From NCBI GenBank assembly GCA_050298055.1, contig JBNKTL010000023.1, forward strand, positions 19,855 through 83,854: a DNA stretch of 64,000 nt, in the 5' to 3' direction. The notes under the pieces were generated by a model, which was given only the letters and a program-made list of their open reading frames with translations, ran no database searches and was not told the origin of the DNA. Every line of letters starts with the position of its first letter. The first letter of the stretch is position 1. The position numbers and the translations under genes were made by a program. The stretch is from Spirochaetota bacterium (GTDB lineage: Bacteria > Spirochaetota > UBA4802 > UBA5550). This document shows, in pieces, positions 29,181 to 38,802 of this stretch.

Positions 29181-30725
29181 ATGAAATTGAGTTTAAAATC
29201 CATAAATGCCAAGATAATCCTTCTCTATCTTTTCCTGGCCATTCTGAATATGTCATTTTTTATTGTCATGGTCTATGAAAACCAGATCGATCTCATCATG
29301 GAAAACAGCAAGTACCATGTGAAAGAGATCACAGAGGATATGATATTATCATTAAAGAAGCTGGCCTCTGATATGAATGACAGCAAGGTATTTCCCGTGA
29401 GAAACAGGAAAGAGGCCGTTAAGGAGATAAAAGATCTTTTTCATACGAAGGTACTGGCAAAAGACAAGGATGCAAATTTCATTATATTTAATGAAAAAGG
29501 AGAGACCTTATACAAATCAAAACCGGAAATAACATTTTCAAAGTCTGACATGAAACACGGAATTACCGCAATAACAAACCTTGAGTATACAGGGCGTCAG
29601 ATGTATTCTACGGTAAATGAGAAGACATACGTCATCTCATTTTATATTCCCTATAAACTCGATTTTCTCGGCGATTCCATCATACTCCTCATGATAGAGA
29701 TCAAGGAAATGAAGAAACGACTGGATGAACTCTATACTCTTATCATGATTGTGGTACTCTTCATCGCCCTCTTCCATATTGCTTTTGCGGTTGTCATCAA
29801 CCGGCTTTTTATTCGTCCTATCCAGTCACTCCACGGGAAAAGCCTTGAAATCAGCAACGGCAACCTCGAAGCCCGGGCAGAAGTGCAGAGGAATGATGAG
29901 ATCGGTGAACTTGGCCTGGCCTTTAACAGCATGGCGGATTCGATCCAGGAAAAAATACTCACCCTGGAAGAACATAATGAAAAAATGAATTATGAACTGA
30001 AAATGGCCGGAGGGGTCCAAAAACTGATCTACCCGGAACTGGCAAGTAACGCTTCCTTTAACATTGGCTTCTATCATAAACCATTTACCGAGGTGAGCGG
30101 GGATTATTATGACATCATCGACCTTGACGATTCGAAAAGAGGTTTTCTCCTTGTGGATGTATCGGGACATGGAATGCCGGCTGCCCTGGTGACAATGATC
30201 GTAAAGGAGATATTTGAACGGGATGCCAGGAAATTTTCTGAACCTTCGGAACTTCTGAAGCTCATGAACAGCACCCTTATCAATGTCCTCTACAAGAATG
30301 AAATATTTTCGGGGATCTACTTTACGGCAGTTTATATGATCCTGGATAAAAATAACATTCTTCATTTCTGTAACGCGGGACATCAGCAGGTAGTTGTTAT
30401 TCAGCCGCAGAAAAAGCAAATTGCAAGAATAAATTCATGCGGCGCTCCTGTGGGAATATCCGAAGAGATGAACGAGATGTACAGGACAGGCAGGGTTCAA
30501 TTAACAAAGGGCGACAGGATCTGCATGTTTACCGATGGGATCACTGAACCAAAAAATGAAGAGGGGGATGAGTTTGGGACAAAGAGAATAGTAGCATCCA
30601 TTAAGAAGGATCTAAGGAATCCGGTAGAATCCATGGTAAATAAAATTATCGACGACCTCATGGTTTATACCGACAATAAAAAACTGGATGATGACGCAAC
30701 ATTGATAATGGTTGAAATTAAATAA
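29181..30725 (+). CDS. Membrane HAMP-SpoIIE/PP2C phosphatase
   Basis: Two TMs, NDEIGELGLAFNSM, VSGDYYD, DVSGHG, FTDGITE and DDATL. Confidence 0.92.
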   Translation: MKLSLKSINAKIILLYLFLAILNMSFFIVMVYENQIDLIMENSKYHVKEITEDMILSLKKLASDMNDSKVFPVRNRKEAVKEIKDLFHTKVLAKDKDANFIIFNEKGETLYKSKPEITFSKSDMKHGITAITNLEYTGRQMYSTVNEKTYVISFYIPYKLDFLGDSIILLMIEIKEMKKRLDELYTLIMIVVLFIALFHIAFAVVINRLFIRPIQSLHGKSLEISNGNLEARAEVQRNDEIGELGLAFNSMADSIQEKILTLEEHNEKMNYELKMAGGVQKLIYPELASNASFNIGFYHKPFTEVSGDYYDIIDLDDSKRGFLLVDVSGHGMPAALVTMIVKEIFERDARKFSEPSELLKLMNSTLINVLYKNEIFSGIYFTAVYMILDKNNILHFCNAGHQQVVVIQPQKKQIARINSCGAPVGISEEMNEMYRTGRVQLTKGDRICMFTDGITEPKNEEGDEFGTKRIVASIKKDLRNPVESMVNKIIDDLMVYTDNKKLDDDATLIMVEIK

Positions 30726-30730
30726 CTTCA

Positions 30731-32128
30731 ATGAGAATTAAGCTCTACAAAACAGAACTTTCCCTTCTTATGATCACGGTATTCGCAATTGGATTGATGT
30801 TTCAATTGAATGATATTATCCGGCATATTCGGATAAAGGAATTGCGCCTTCTCATTTTAAAAAACACAAACAAAGACAACAACCTTGATCATATCGGACT
30901 TGTGGCAAAATACAGAATTCAAAAGAAGAAATATGAGAAACTGATAGACCAGGAGAAAGCGGATAGGGAAGAGATGAGAATCGCTTCAATACTTAATAAC
31001 AGGTTATTCGCAAGAAGGGTCCCCATAGACAGATATAAATATATATCAAAACCGGCACTGATTCTCCTTAACCTCTTTCGGTACATGATCGGGAAAAGTC
31101 CCATCGTTGATCCCGAAGATGACAGGGCAAGTGTCCTTCTGGAAATGGCCTATTATAATGAACGCAACAGTTTTTTTTCCCGGGCCCTGGAGATTTATAA
31201 TAAGGCCCTTAATGAAGAAAAATTCGATAGAAATAGAATTGCCGCCATATCTCTTCACCGGGGATACTGCCATGCAATTAAAAGTGAATATCCTGAAGCC
31301 CGGAAAGAACTTCACAATGTCATCGATAATTACGGCAACATGCCTGTGTCTAATACTGCCCTTGTTCTTTTAAGATACATTAATGGTTTTAAATCCGAGA
31401 TCGACAGAGTGACGAGATCGGAAAAAGATTCCCTGAGTAAAATTGAAAAACTCTACTACCTCAACGCACCACAGGATGCGATGAAGATCATCAAAAAGAT
31501 CGGAAAAAGATTCTCCGGAAAGGAAAGGGCGAAGATGCTCTACATCAAGGCCCGCTGTTTTGAAGACCTGTCAATGAAGGGAAAAGCCATCACTACCTAC
31601 CAGAAAATACTTACCGAGGGAGATGATCTTACCTATGCCCGATCAGCCAACAGGCGAATTTATATTGCCGGAGTACTCGCCAACAACCGTAATGGAGATA
31701 AAGTCAAGAAACAGGCCATAAAAAATAATACCAGCCTGAATGACACATCATTCAAGAGGATGCTTCAGGAAGAAAGAAAACTGCAAAAAGATGAGAGCAA
31801 AAGCAGCTGGCTGCAGGAGCAGATTTCCCTGTCACAAACTCAAGACCCTGTTCTCAAGTCCGAGAATATAGACTCATTAAAAAACATGAAAGCGGGCATC
31901 ACCACGGAAAAACCTGTTCGGGCAAAAAGGAGACAAAAATCTTTAAGGAAAAGAGCTGTCAGTAAAGAAAAAGCAAAAGAGACAAAAGTCAGAATAACAA
32001 CCAGGGAGGGAAACATTTTTATCGGTATTATAAAAAAAGAAACCGCCAATTCTCTTGTTATTCATTCTATTCTGGGCGAATTAGAAATCCCGAAAAAGAA
32101 GATTTCCAGAAAAACCATTATAAAATAA
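30731..32128 (+). CDS. Membrane-anchored TPR protein with C-terminal small beta (Sm-like) domain
   Basis: N-terminal TM; TPR-like helices (ALEIYNKAL, AITTYQKIL); tail VRITTREGNIFIGIIKKET..LVIHSILGELEIPKKKI. Confidence 0.7.
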   Translation: MRIKLYKTELSLLMITVFAIGLMFQLNDIIRHIRIKELRLLILKNTNKDNNLDHIGLVAKYRIQKKKYEKLIDQEKADREEMRIASILNNRLFARRVPIDRYKYISKPALILLNLFRYMIGKSPIVDPEDDRASVLLEMAYYNERNSFFSRALEIYNKALNEEKFDRNRIAAISLHRGYCHAIKSEYPEARKELHNVIDNYGNMPVSNTALVLLRYINGFKSEIDRVTRSEKDSLSKIEKLYYLNAPQDAMKIIKKIGKRFSGKERAKMLYIKARCFEDLSMKGKAITTYQKILTEGDDLTYARSANRRIYIAGVLANNRNGDKVKKQAIKNNTSLNDTSFKRMLQEERKLQKDESKSSWLQEQISLSQTQDPVLKSENIDSLKNMKAGITTEKPVRAKRRQKSLRKRAVSKEKAKETKVRITTREGNIFIGIIKKETANSLVIHSILGELEIPKKKISRKTIIK

Positions 32129-32136
32129 GGGACTGG

Positions 32137-32982
32137 CTACCAGGCATTGTAGATGATTCCGATTGCTCCTCCTACGGTATGAAAAAAAACATCATTATCA
32201 TAAATATAAATATACCTCCCGTGAATAAAGAGTGAGATCCTTCCATAAAATGTTTTTTTGTATCCTCCCAGTGCTTGGGCGGTAAAAGTGTTGCTGCTTA
32301 CAGCAATGCCGGTCTCTTCATTCTCAATATTTAGGAACGCTTCTCCCGGCAAGAGGCCAAAAACCAGCGATCCTCCAAGCATTTTCAGCATGGAGAAAGT
32401 CCATACGAATCCCCCGCTGGCATTAAACCCTGACATTCTATAGGACCCTCTTTGAAAGTTCAGATACCCCCCCTCTATCCTCACTTCCGGTATCAGGGGG
32501 TTCCGCTTTTTAATGAACATGCCCAATTCCTGGTCAAGCCACAAATGGGTGGAATAACCATAGGGTATTTTATTCGCTATATCTCCCATAAGATAAAAGT
32601 AGGTCCCTGAAAAACCGATCTGTCCGGCAGTCCAGTGACGAGCATTCTCATTTAAATCTGATTTGACATTCAGTTGATTGATGTTCTCATTTGTGGCTGT
32701 TCCGGTAAGCAGCTGATCAGTATTCATTTTTTTTGGTATTCTGACTATGGAAACTATATCAGATCTCTTTATTTTAAAGGTTCCATAGGAGTTATCTAAA
32801 GTCACTCCGTTTTTGTCTTCATTAACGATTTCACCCATCACTTTCGTTCCTTCAACGAGATTTACAATGTCACCATGAAGCGGATGGGGAAGAAGAACAC
32901 CTGCTATCAACAGTAGAAGGAGAGAAAATAATATAATGGGTTTTAACATGTTTTTTGTTCTCTCACACATCCTATTCCCCAT
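32137..32982 (-). CDS. Secreted protein: N-terminal small beta domain plus probable beta-barrel
   Basis: Signal peptide; DIVNLVEGTKVMGEIVNED..VTLDNSYGTFKIKRSDI; amphipathic strands ending IIYNAW. Start may be 32949. Confidence 0.65.
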   Translation of the reverse strand: MGNRMCERTKNMLKPIILFSLLLLLIAGVLLPHPLHGDIVNLVEGTKVMGEIVNEDKNGVTLDNSYGTFKIKRSDIVSIVRIPKKMNTDQLLTGTATNENINQLNVKSDLNENARHWTAGQIGFSGTYFYLMGDIANKIPYGYSTHLWLDQELGMFIKKRNPLIPEVRIEGGYLNFQRGSYRMSGFNASGGFVWTFSMLKMLGGSLVFGLLPGEAFLNIENEETGIAVSSNTFTAQALGGYKKTFYGRISLFIHGRYIYIYDNDVFFHTVGGAIGIIYNAW

Positions 32983-33221
32983 TCATTTTCCTTATTCCTG
33001 AAAATTCAAAGGCACCTGTGCGAGTTCAATGAGAACCTTCCTGAATAGAGATGGCTGGACCTCAGATAGGGATAACTGTCATTTATAAAATGAAAGAACT
33101 CTCTCTGTTAAGCTTGCTCTCTTACTCATTTTAATTATTCTCTCTTGCACAATGGGAATTATTTCAAACAGGGTTATCACATACAATATAATATAATGCA
33201 AAGGATAGTCAAGATAATTAT

Positions 33222-33235
33222 CCCATCTGGACGGA
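33222..33235 (-). promoter_or_regulatory. TCCGTC-N2-GATGG motif upstream of a minus-strand -35
   Basis: Minus strand TCCGTCCAGATGGG, 9 bp before TTGACT (33212-33207). Confidence 0.4.
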
Positions 33236-33426
33236 TTTAATATAAAGAAATATATCTGTTTCATTCTTGACAAAAATTGATTTAAATAGACAATTTGTTT
33301 TTAAATTTATCTAATCTATATAATAAATATACATTATTAATTTTTATGTTTAATTCCTTGAATAATCCTAACCTGAGGCAACAAAATATAATTGAAGGAA
33401 ATGAAGCTTTTTCTGAGGTAAAATAG

Positions 33427-33807
33427 ATGTTATTTTCAGTTGAATTCATGGTTTCTCCGAATTTTTCTGATGATAAGTTTAACACCGAAGAACTAATATT
33501 GAAGATTTACCTTTCAGGAAAATTGAATATATATAATTCTTCAGAGTTATTCATATTCATTAAGATCATGGAAGAAGGAGGTCTTAATAAGGTCCTGCTG
33601 AACCTGAGGGACCTTGAAGAGATTGATAGTACAGGCATTGGGATTTTAATTAAAATCATTAACTTTTTGAAAATAAATAATAAGAAAATAGTCATGACTG
33701 ATGTTCCCAGTAAAATCTTAAAAGTGTTGAAAATAGTAAAAGTTGAAAAACTTGTAAAAATATTCAACACTGATGACGATTCCCTGGCTTTTTTACAAGC
33801 GGAATAA
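33427..33807 (+). CDS. STAS-domain anti-sigma antagonist
   Basis: LSGKLNIYNS and LEEIDSTGIGILI. Confidence 0.85.
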   Translation: MLFSVEFMVSPNFSDDKFNTEELILKIYLSGKLNIYNSSELFIFIKIMEEGGLNKVLLNLRDLEEIDSTGIGILIKIINFLKINNKKIVMTDVPSKILKVLKIVKVEKLVKIFNTDDDSLAFLQAE

Positions 33808-33921
33808 ATAATACTCTTCAGGCATATATTTTTTAAGACAAGGTAAAACCTCTATTAATAATTATAATATTTCTTTTAAGTTGAATATATAAGATCCTGT
33901 AACCTGGCGGTTTTATGTTAA

Positions 33922-34536
33922 ATGAATGAGAATAATGAGAAACAACTGAAAAAAAAGAAAAAAATTCAGGAAAAAAAGAAATATCATATTGAATCCCTGA
34001 AGAGATGCCTTGCCCGGGACGTTTATTCAAGAATTACAGTCCAGGATGTGGCTGATGAATCAAAGGTGTCCAAGGGGGGCCTTCTCTACTATTTTCCCAC
34101 AAAAGAGGAAATGTACCTTGAACTGATGAAAGACCTCTTTGAAGAAATTGAGAAAGACCATGCTGACTTTCTTATAGAAGAAATTGACTCAGGGATTATA
34201 GCAAATATCTCGGCGCTCTATGGGATTGAAAAATTCGTCCAGAATCATGATAATATAAAAATTCTTATAAATATCGTCTTATACGCCTACGAAGAAGAAA
34301 AAATTATGGTCCCTCTCAGACAGTTTATCAGGAAACATTTAAACCTGTACATTAATATAATCAAAGAAGCAAGATCGGATACTCCCGCTCGAAGAAAGAC
34401 AGATTTTCAACCCCAGTTTATAGGCAGGATCGCCCAGACACTGATATTGAGCATTGGTCTGCTGGAATCCATTGATCCCGTTGAACTGGATACAAGGGAA
34501 TTGATCGAATATATACGGTCCCTCTTTAAAGGATAG
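33922..34536 (+). CDS. TetR/AcrR-family regulator
   Basis: ITVQDVADESKVSKGGLLYYFPTKEEM. Confidence 0.9.
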   Translation: MNENNEKQLKKKKKIQEKKKYHIESLKRCLARDVYSRITVQDVADESKVSKGGLLYYFPTKEEMYLELMKDLFEEIEKDHADFLIEEIDSGIIANISALYGIEKFVQNHDNIKILINIVLYAYEEEKIMVPLRQFIRKHLNLYINIIKEARSDTPARRKTDFQPQFIGRIAQTLILSIGLLESIDPVELDTRELIEYIRSLFKG

Positions 34537-34602
34537 GGGCTTTTCATTATTAACTAATCATGATTGGTTAACTGCTGGAATATCCAATTATTAAGGAATC
34601 TT

Positions 34603-34631
34603 ATTGGTGCAAAATCACGCGGGCTCAGCAC
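34603..34631 (+). repeat. 29-bp dispersed repeat, copy 2
   Basis: ATTGGTGCAAAATCACGCGGGCTCAGCAC. Confidence 0.75.
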
Positions 34632-36592
34632 TAGTTGTCCAACCGCCCAGTCTCCTCTGCATCGTTAAAAGTCTTAAAGCTCTCTACCAGTGTGTTGAGG
34701 TCTTCCGCCCTGCCCGACAGTTCTTCGGAGGACGCAGAAATTTCTTCCGCTCCTGTTGCGGTTTCAGTAGTAAAGTCCATTATCTGCTGCATTGCCCTTT
34801 TCATGGATTCACTGTTTGATTGCTGAAAGTTAGCAACATCAATAATGCTTCTGGCTTTTTCTTCCAGATCTTTCATAACTTCTTTAATTGTATTATGGTT
34901 ACGTGCCTGGTTGTCGGTATGACCCGATATTTCCTCAATGAGCCGGGAATTATCGGTAACATTATGCATTATTGTGGATATGGTCGACCTGATATTATCA
35001 ACCATCTGGCTTCCCTCGGAAACATTTTTTTCAATTTCAACCGATAAAGAATGGATCTCTTTTACCTGAAGCGTAGTATTGTCCGCAAGCTTTCCCACTT
35101 CTTCCGCCACAACAGCAAATCCTTTTCCGGAATCTCCTGCCCGCGCCGCTTCTATACTCGCATTGAGTGAAAGAAGATTTATCTGCTCAGATATGTCATT
35201 AATCATTTTGACGATATGTGTGATTTTTTTAGATGATTCAACAATCCGGTGCATTGTCTGCGTAGCGGAGATAACAAGATTTTCCCCTTCTTTGGATATG
35301 TTAATTGAATCATCACTCTGTGATTTAACGGTCTTCATATTCTCGGCAATCTTTTTTGACATGTCTTCAAGGCTGGTTACCGACTCAACAGTATGACCTA
35401 TTGAATCTACCTGATCACTGATATATTCCGTGGTCTCTTTGATGGAATCCAGTACCAGGTTCAGCTCCACTGAAATCTCCTGCACTGAAGATGCCTGTTC
35501 GGTACTGGAGGAACTCAAGCTTACCGATGTTGAAGTCAGTTCTTCACTTGAAGTGGCAAGTGTTGTCGCCGCCTGCTTGACAAAATTTAATGTTTCCCGC
35601 GATTTATCGATCATTTTATTTAAATTATCAGCAATTATTCCAATTTCATCATCAGAGAAAAATTCAACCTTCTGAGAAAAGTCTCCCTGCCCTACACTGG
35701 CCAGAATTTCCGTAATGACCGTTATAGGTTTCAGACTTCTATTGATCAGGATATGTATTATTAAAGAAACACAGCCTGCGCCTGCCAGAATTGCAGCAAT
35801 AATGATTATTATGAGAGCCCATGTTCTTTTTTGAATATCTTTGATATTATACGCGGTTACCACGCCTCCCCAGAAACGGCCTTTTAATTTTATGGGCGCA
35901 TAGACTATAATCATCACAGCACCCGTATCACGATGATATTCTGAAACTTCCACCCTATCCGGCTTAAAGGCTTTACCAAGATAGTCCCATATCCGGTTTG
36001 TTCGTGACCGGGTAATATCCTTTTTCATATCACCGGCAATTTTCAGGCTGTTTTTTGAATGATGAAAAGGAACAAGACCGTTTTTATCCATCGGCACGGA
36101 AAAGGCAATTCCCTCTATCCTGAGAAAACTGTCGATAGTGTTTCTTATCTTTTTCCCCAGGGACGTATCAACACTATACTCAGTCATGAATCTTTTATAA
36201 TTATCAACATTTCCGTCCGGCTTTTTTTCAGTTCGGTTGAAGATCTTTTCAAGGTACTTTTTATCAAATTTTCTTCTGTCTTTCTCATCGGACCACAATT
36301 GAAGACATTCATCAATACTCAACTGGTGATACTTAAAGTTAAGAAATTCATCAAGAGAATGGTTGCCGGTTTCAATTTCTTTCTCGAAAACAGCCTGGAC
36401 CTGCCCCGCGGTAATAATCCCGAGGTTCTTTGTTCTCTCAATATAATCTATAAGAAGATATTTTTTTATGGCAAAAGATGAGATAACGATCACTACACAT
36501 ACACTAAAAGTTATAAAAATAAATAATCGTATATTTACTTTTCCTGAAACAGTCTTTTTGGAAATTCTCTTTTTGTTAAAGATCCCGGACAT
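34631..36592 (-). CDS. Methyl-accepting chemotaxis protein (periplasmic sensor, HAMP)
   Basis: Two TMs, DDEIG HAMP, and QINLLSLNASIEAARAGDSGKGFAVVAEEVGKLA. Confidence 0.93.
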   Translation of the reverse strand: MSGIFNKKRISKKTVSGKVNIRLFIFITFSVCVVIVISSFAIKKYLLIDYIERTKNLGIITAGQVQAVFEKEIETGNHSLDEFLNFKYHQLSIDECLQLWSDEKDRRKFDKKYLEKIFNRTEKKPDGNVDNYKRFMTEYSVDTSLGKKIRNTIDSFLRIEGIAFSVPMDKNGLVPFHHSKNSLKIAGDMKKDITRSRTNRIWDYLGKAFKPDRVEVSEYHRDTGAVMIIVYAPIKLKGRFWGGVVTAYNIKDIQKRTWALIIIIIAAILAGAGCVSLIIHILINRSLKPITVITEILASVGQGDFSQKVEFFSDDEIGIIADNLNKMIDKSRETLNFVKQAATTLATSSEELTSTSVSLSSSSTEQASSVQEISVELNLVLDSIKETTEYISDQVDSIGHTVESVTSLEDMSKKIAENMKTVKSQSDDSINISKEGENLVISATQTMHRIVESSKKITHIVKMINDISEQINLLSLNASIEAARAGDSGKGFAVVAEEVGKLADNTTLQVKEIHSLSVEIEKNVSEGSQMVDNIRSTISTIMHNVTDNSRLIEEISGHTDNQARNHNTIKEVMKDLEEKARSIIDVANFQQSNSESMKRAMQQIMDFTTETATGAEEISASSEELSGRAEDLNTLVESFKTFNDAEETGRLDN

Positions 36593-37088
36593 TGGTTACT
36601 CCACTTATTGAAATAATATTGCAGGCACATCTTAAAAATTTAATTTTCTTTCTCTGTACTTAACATCTTATTAAAGAATTTCTCGAAATGAAGATGTCGT
36701 GATATTAAGATGACCGGCAGGAAAAACTATTCAATTTTTTATTTTTTACATCTGTTTTACTATCCATGAAAACTTATCTGGAATTTATAATAAAAGCGAG
36801 TTTTTTAGAGAAAAAATATGCTTAAAAACTGCAACAAAAAGAAAGAGGCTGTTTTAAGCATAGAAAAACCACAACAACTCCCCCGCAAAGAAACTTTTGG
36901 CAGTATGTATTATGAGTTAATAATCCCTTTGGAAAGACATAAAATATTGACTTCACACATACTTTCGTTTTTAAATATACAAAAATTTTTAAAATAGTCA
37001 AGTTTTTTTGACGCTCTACAGTTACAATTGATTTTCTGTTGACAGGAAGCTCTCCACATGCAACCGATAATTATATTTTCTGAAGTTA

Positions 37089-37126
37089 TAACGACTCATC
37101 TATGCATAAGAAAAATCATATTTATT
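37089..37126 (+). repeat. Isolated terminal arm of the GC-hairpin element
   Basis: TAACGACTCATCTATGCATAAGAAAAATCATATT versus 63839 AACGACTCAGCTATGCATAAGAATAATCATATT. Confidence 0.7.
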
Positions 37127-37234
37127 TACAGAGTTATCAGAAATCTTATAAAACATGAGACATCAATGAAAAGAAAGCTCCTCATTGACAGAAACAAAAT
37201 AAATAATGAAGACAATGAAAATGATGATCTTTTC

Positions 37235-38086
37235 ATGAATGAGAATACCCGGGACAAAGACCTCCTTTCAATCGGTGATCTTGCGAAGTACTGCAGGGTA
37301 AGCACAAAGACCCTCCGCCACTATGACAAAAAGGGAATTTTAAAACCGGCATATACCGACCCCCAAACAGGTTACCGATACTATAATGAAGAACAGCTCT
37401 TCTGGCTTGTTATGATAAAGAGGCTGAAACAGAGGAACTTCAGCCTTGAAGAGGCAAAGGAATACCTGGAAACCGGAGACATCGGGAGAATCAGGAAAAT
37501 ATTTGAAAAGAAAGATGATGAGATCGATAAAGAAATAAAAAAACTTCAGCAGATCAAAAAGATGATCAACCTGAAAAAAAATTTCTTTGAAGAATTTCTC
37601 AATGCGAGTAACAGGCCTGCGTCCCAACCGGAAATCATCATTAAAGATCTCCCTCCGCGTAAAGTTCTTTCCACAAAAAAGAACGGCTTTTTTAACATCA
37701 AGACACTTGCCGAAAGCCTGAGCAGGCTCCATCTTCTCCAGGAAAAACATGGCATAAAATCCGAGGGCCTTTGGATGACCCTGTTTCATGGTAATTATGA
37801 AAAGAGTATCGGCGAAAAGATCGAATTTGAAATATCCATTTCAGTTGAGTCTGAAGAAAAGGAACGGAAACTTATCAAGATAATCCCCCCGGGAAGGTAT
37901 GCAACAATCCGCCACACAGGCAGCCGCAGGAGCTCAATTGAGTATTACAAAATTTTACTCGATTATTTAAAAGAGAAAAATCTTACGCCTCAGGGGCCCC
38001 TCATCAAGATCTACCTCATAAGCTATGCCCATTCAAAATCCTCGGAACAGATCACTTCTGAACTTCAGGTAATGATAAAAGAATAA
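37235..38086 (+). CDS. MerR-family regulator with GyrI-like effector domain (BmrR-like)
   Basis: LSIGDLAK..VSTKTLRHYD..GILKPAYTDPQTGYRYY; C-terminal PPGRYATIRHTG. Start could be 37166. Confidence 0.9.
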   Translation: MNENTRDKDLLSIGDLAKYCRVSTKTLRHYDKKGILKPAYTDPQTGYRYYNEEQLFWLVMIKRLKQRNFSLEEAKEYLETGDIGRIRKIFEKKDDEIDKEIKKLQQIKKMINLKKNFFEEFLNASNRPASQPEIIIKDLPPRKVLSTKKNGFFNIKTLAESLSRLHLLQEKHGIKSEGLWMTLFHGNYEKSIGEKIEFEISISVESEEKERKLIKIIPPGRYATIRHTGSRRSSIEYYKILLDYLKEKNLTPQGPLIKIYLISYAHSKSSEQITSELQVMIKE

Positions 38087-38099
38087 GTACTTTTTTTTG

Positions 38100-38172
38100 C
38101 CCCCCAGCCCCCTGAGGGGGTGTAAGATTTTATATCACAACTTCTCTTATGCCCCCTTTGGGGGTTAGGGGG
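38100..38172. repeat. CCCCC/GGGGG double-hairpin REP-like element
   Basis: CCCCCCAGCCCCCTGAGGGGG...CCCCCTTTGGGGGTTAGGGGG inverted pair. Confidence 0.65.
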
Positions 38173-38216
38173 TCTCCTGGGAAGATTTTTTTCAGGAAAA
38201 AATACTCATCCAACCA

Positions 38217-38247
38217 TTGACTTTGCCCCTGGGGCAAGGATTACCTT
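38217..38247 (+). promoter_or_regulatory. MerR-type promoter with 19-bp spacer and dyad operator
   Basis: TTGACT-[TTGCCCC-T-GGGGCAA GGAT, 19 bp]-TACCTT. Confidence 0.8.
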
Positions 38248-38289
38248 TTATCGTAGAGCAGCAGAATAATAATTAAGGGAGGCTGAACT

Positions 38290-38781
38290 ATGAAACATTC
38301 CAGAATCTGGAAAATGGAAAACAACGTCGACACCGACCAGGTCATTGCTTCGCAATACCTGCAGATCGCCACCATTGATGAAATGATGAGACACACCTTT
38401 GAAACCGCCCGCGCGGGTTTCGCGGGGAACTTCCAGAGCGGTGACATCATTGTGGCAGGTGAAAACTTCGGATGCGGTTCATCCAGGGAACAGGCACCTG
38501 CCGTGCTGAAAGCGCTGGGAACAGGGGCCGTGGTGGCGAAGTCCTTTGCCAGGATCTTTTACAGAAATGCAGTCAATATAGGCCTGGACCTCATTGTCTG
38601 CGGGGAGATTCATGAAGATGTCCGGGACGGGGACAGGGCGGAACTTCTCAGGGAAAAGGGGAAGATCATTGTAAAGAATAAGAGCTATACCTTTGAGAGC
38701 TTTCCGGCAAACATCAGGGAGATCATTTCACAGGGCGGTTTGATCAGTATGATCAACAGCAGATACGTAAAGAATAAATGA
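38290..38781 (+). CDS. LeuD/HacB/DmdB-family hydro-lyase small subunit
   Basis: NVDTDQVI, AGENFGCGSSREQAP and SFARIFYRNAVNIG. Confidence 0.9.
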   Translation: MKHSRIWKMENNVDTDQVIASQYLQIATIDEMMRHTFETARAGFAGNFQSGDIIVAGENFGCGSSREQAPAVLKALGTGAVVAKSFARIFYRNAVNIGLDLIVCGEIHEDVRDGDRAELLREKGKIIVKNKSYTFESFPANIREIISQGGLISMINSRYVKNK

Positions 38782-38802
38782 AAATTATACAGGAGAAAAA
38801 AA

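Noticed and set aside
32990..33070. Cobalamin-riboswitch-like start (AGGTGC...AATAAGGAA) on the minus strand
   Set aside because: Lacks the GCCCCCGCAACTGT core and B12 box.
34551..34570. Near-perfect palindrome TAACTAATCATGATTGGTTA
   Set aside because: It lies between convergent 3' ends, so an operator role is implausible; single occurrence.
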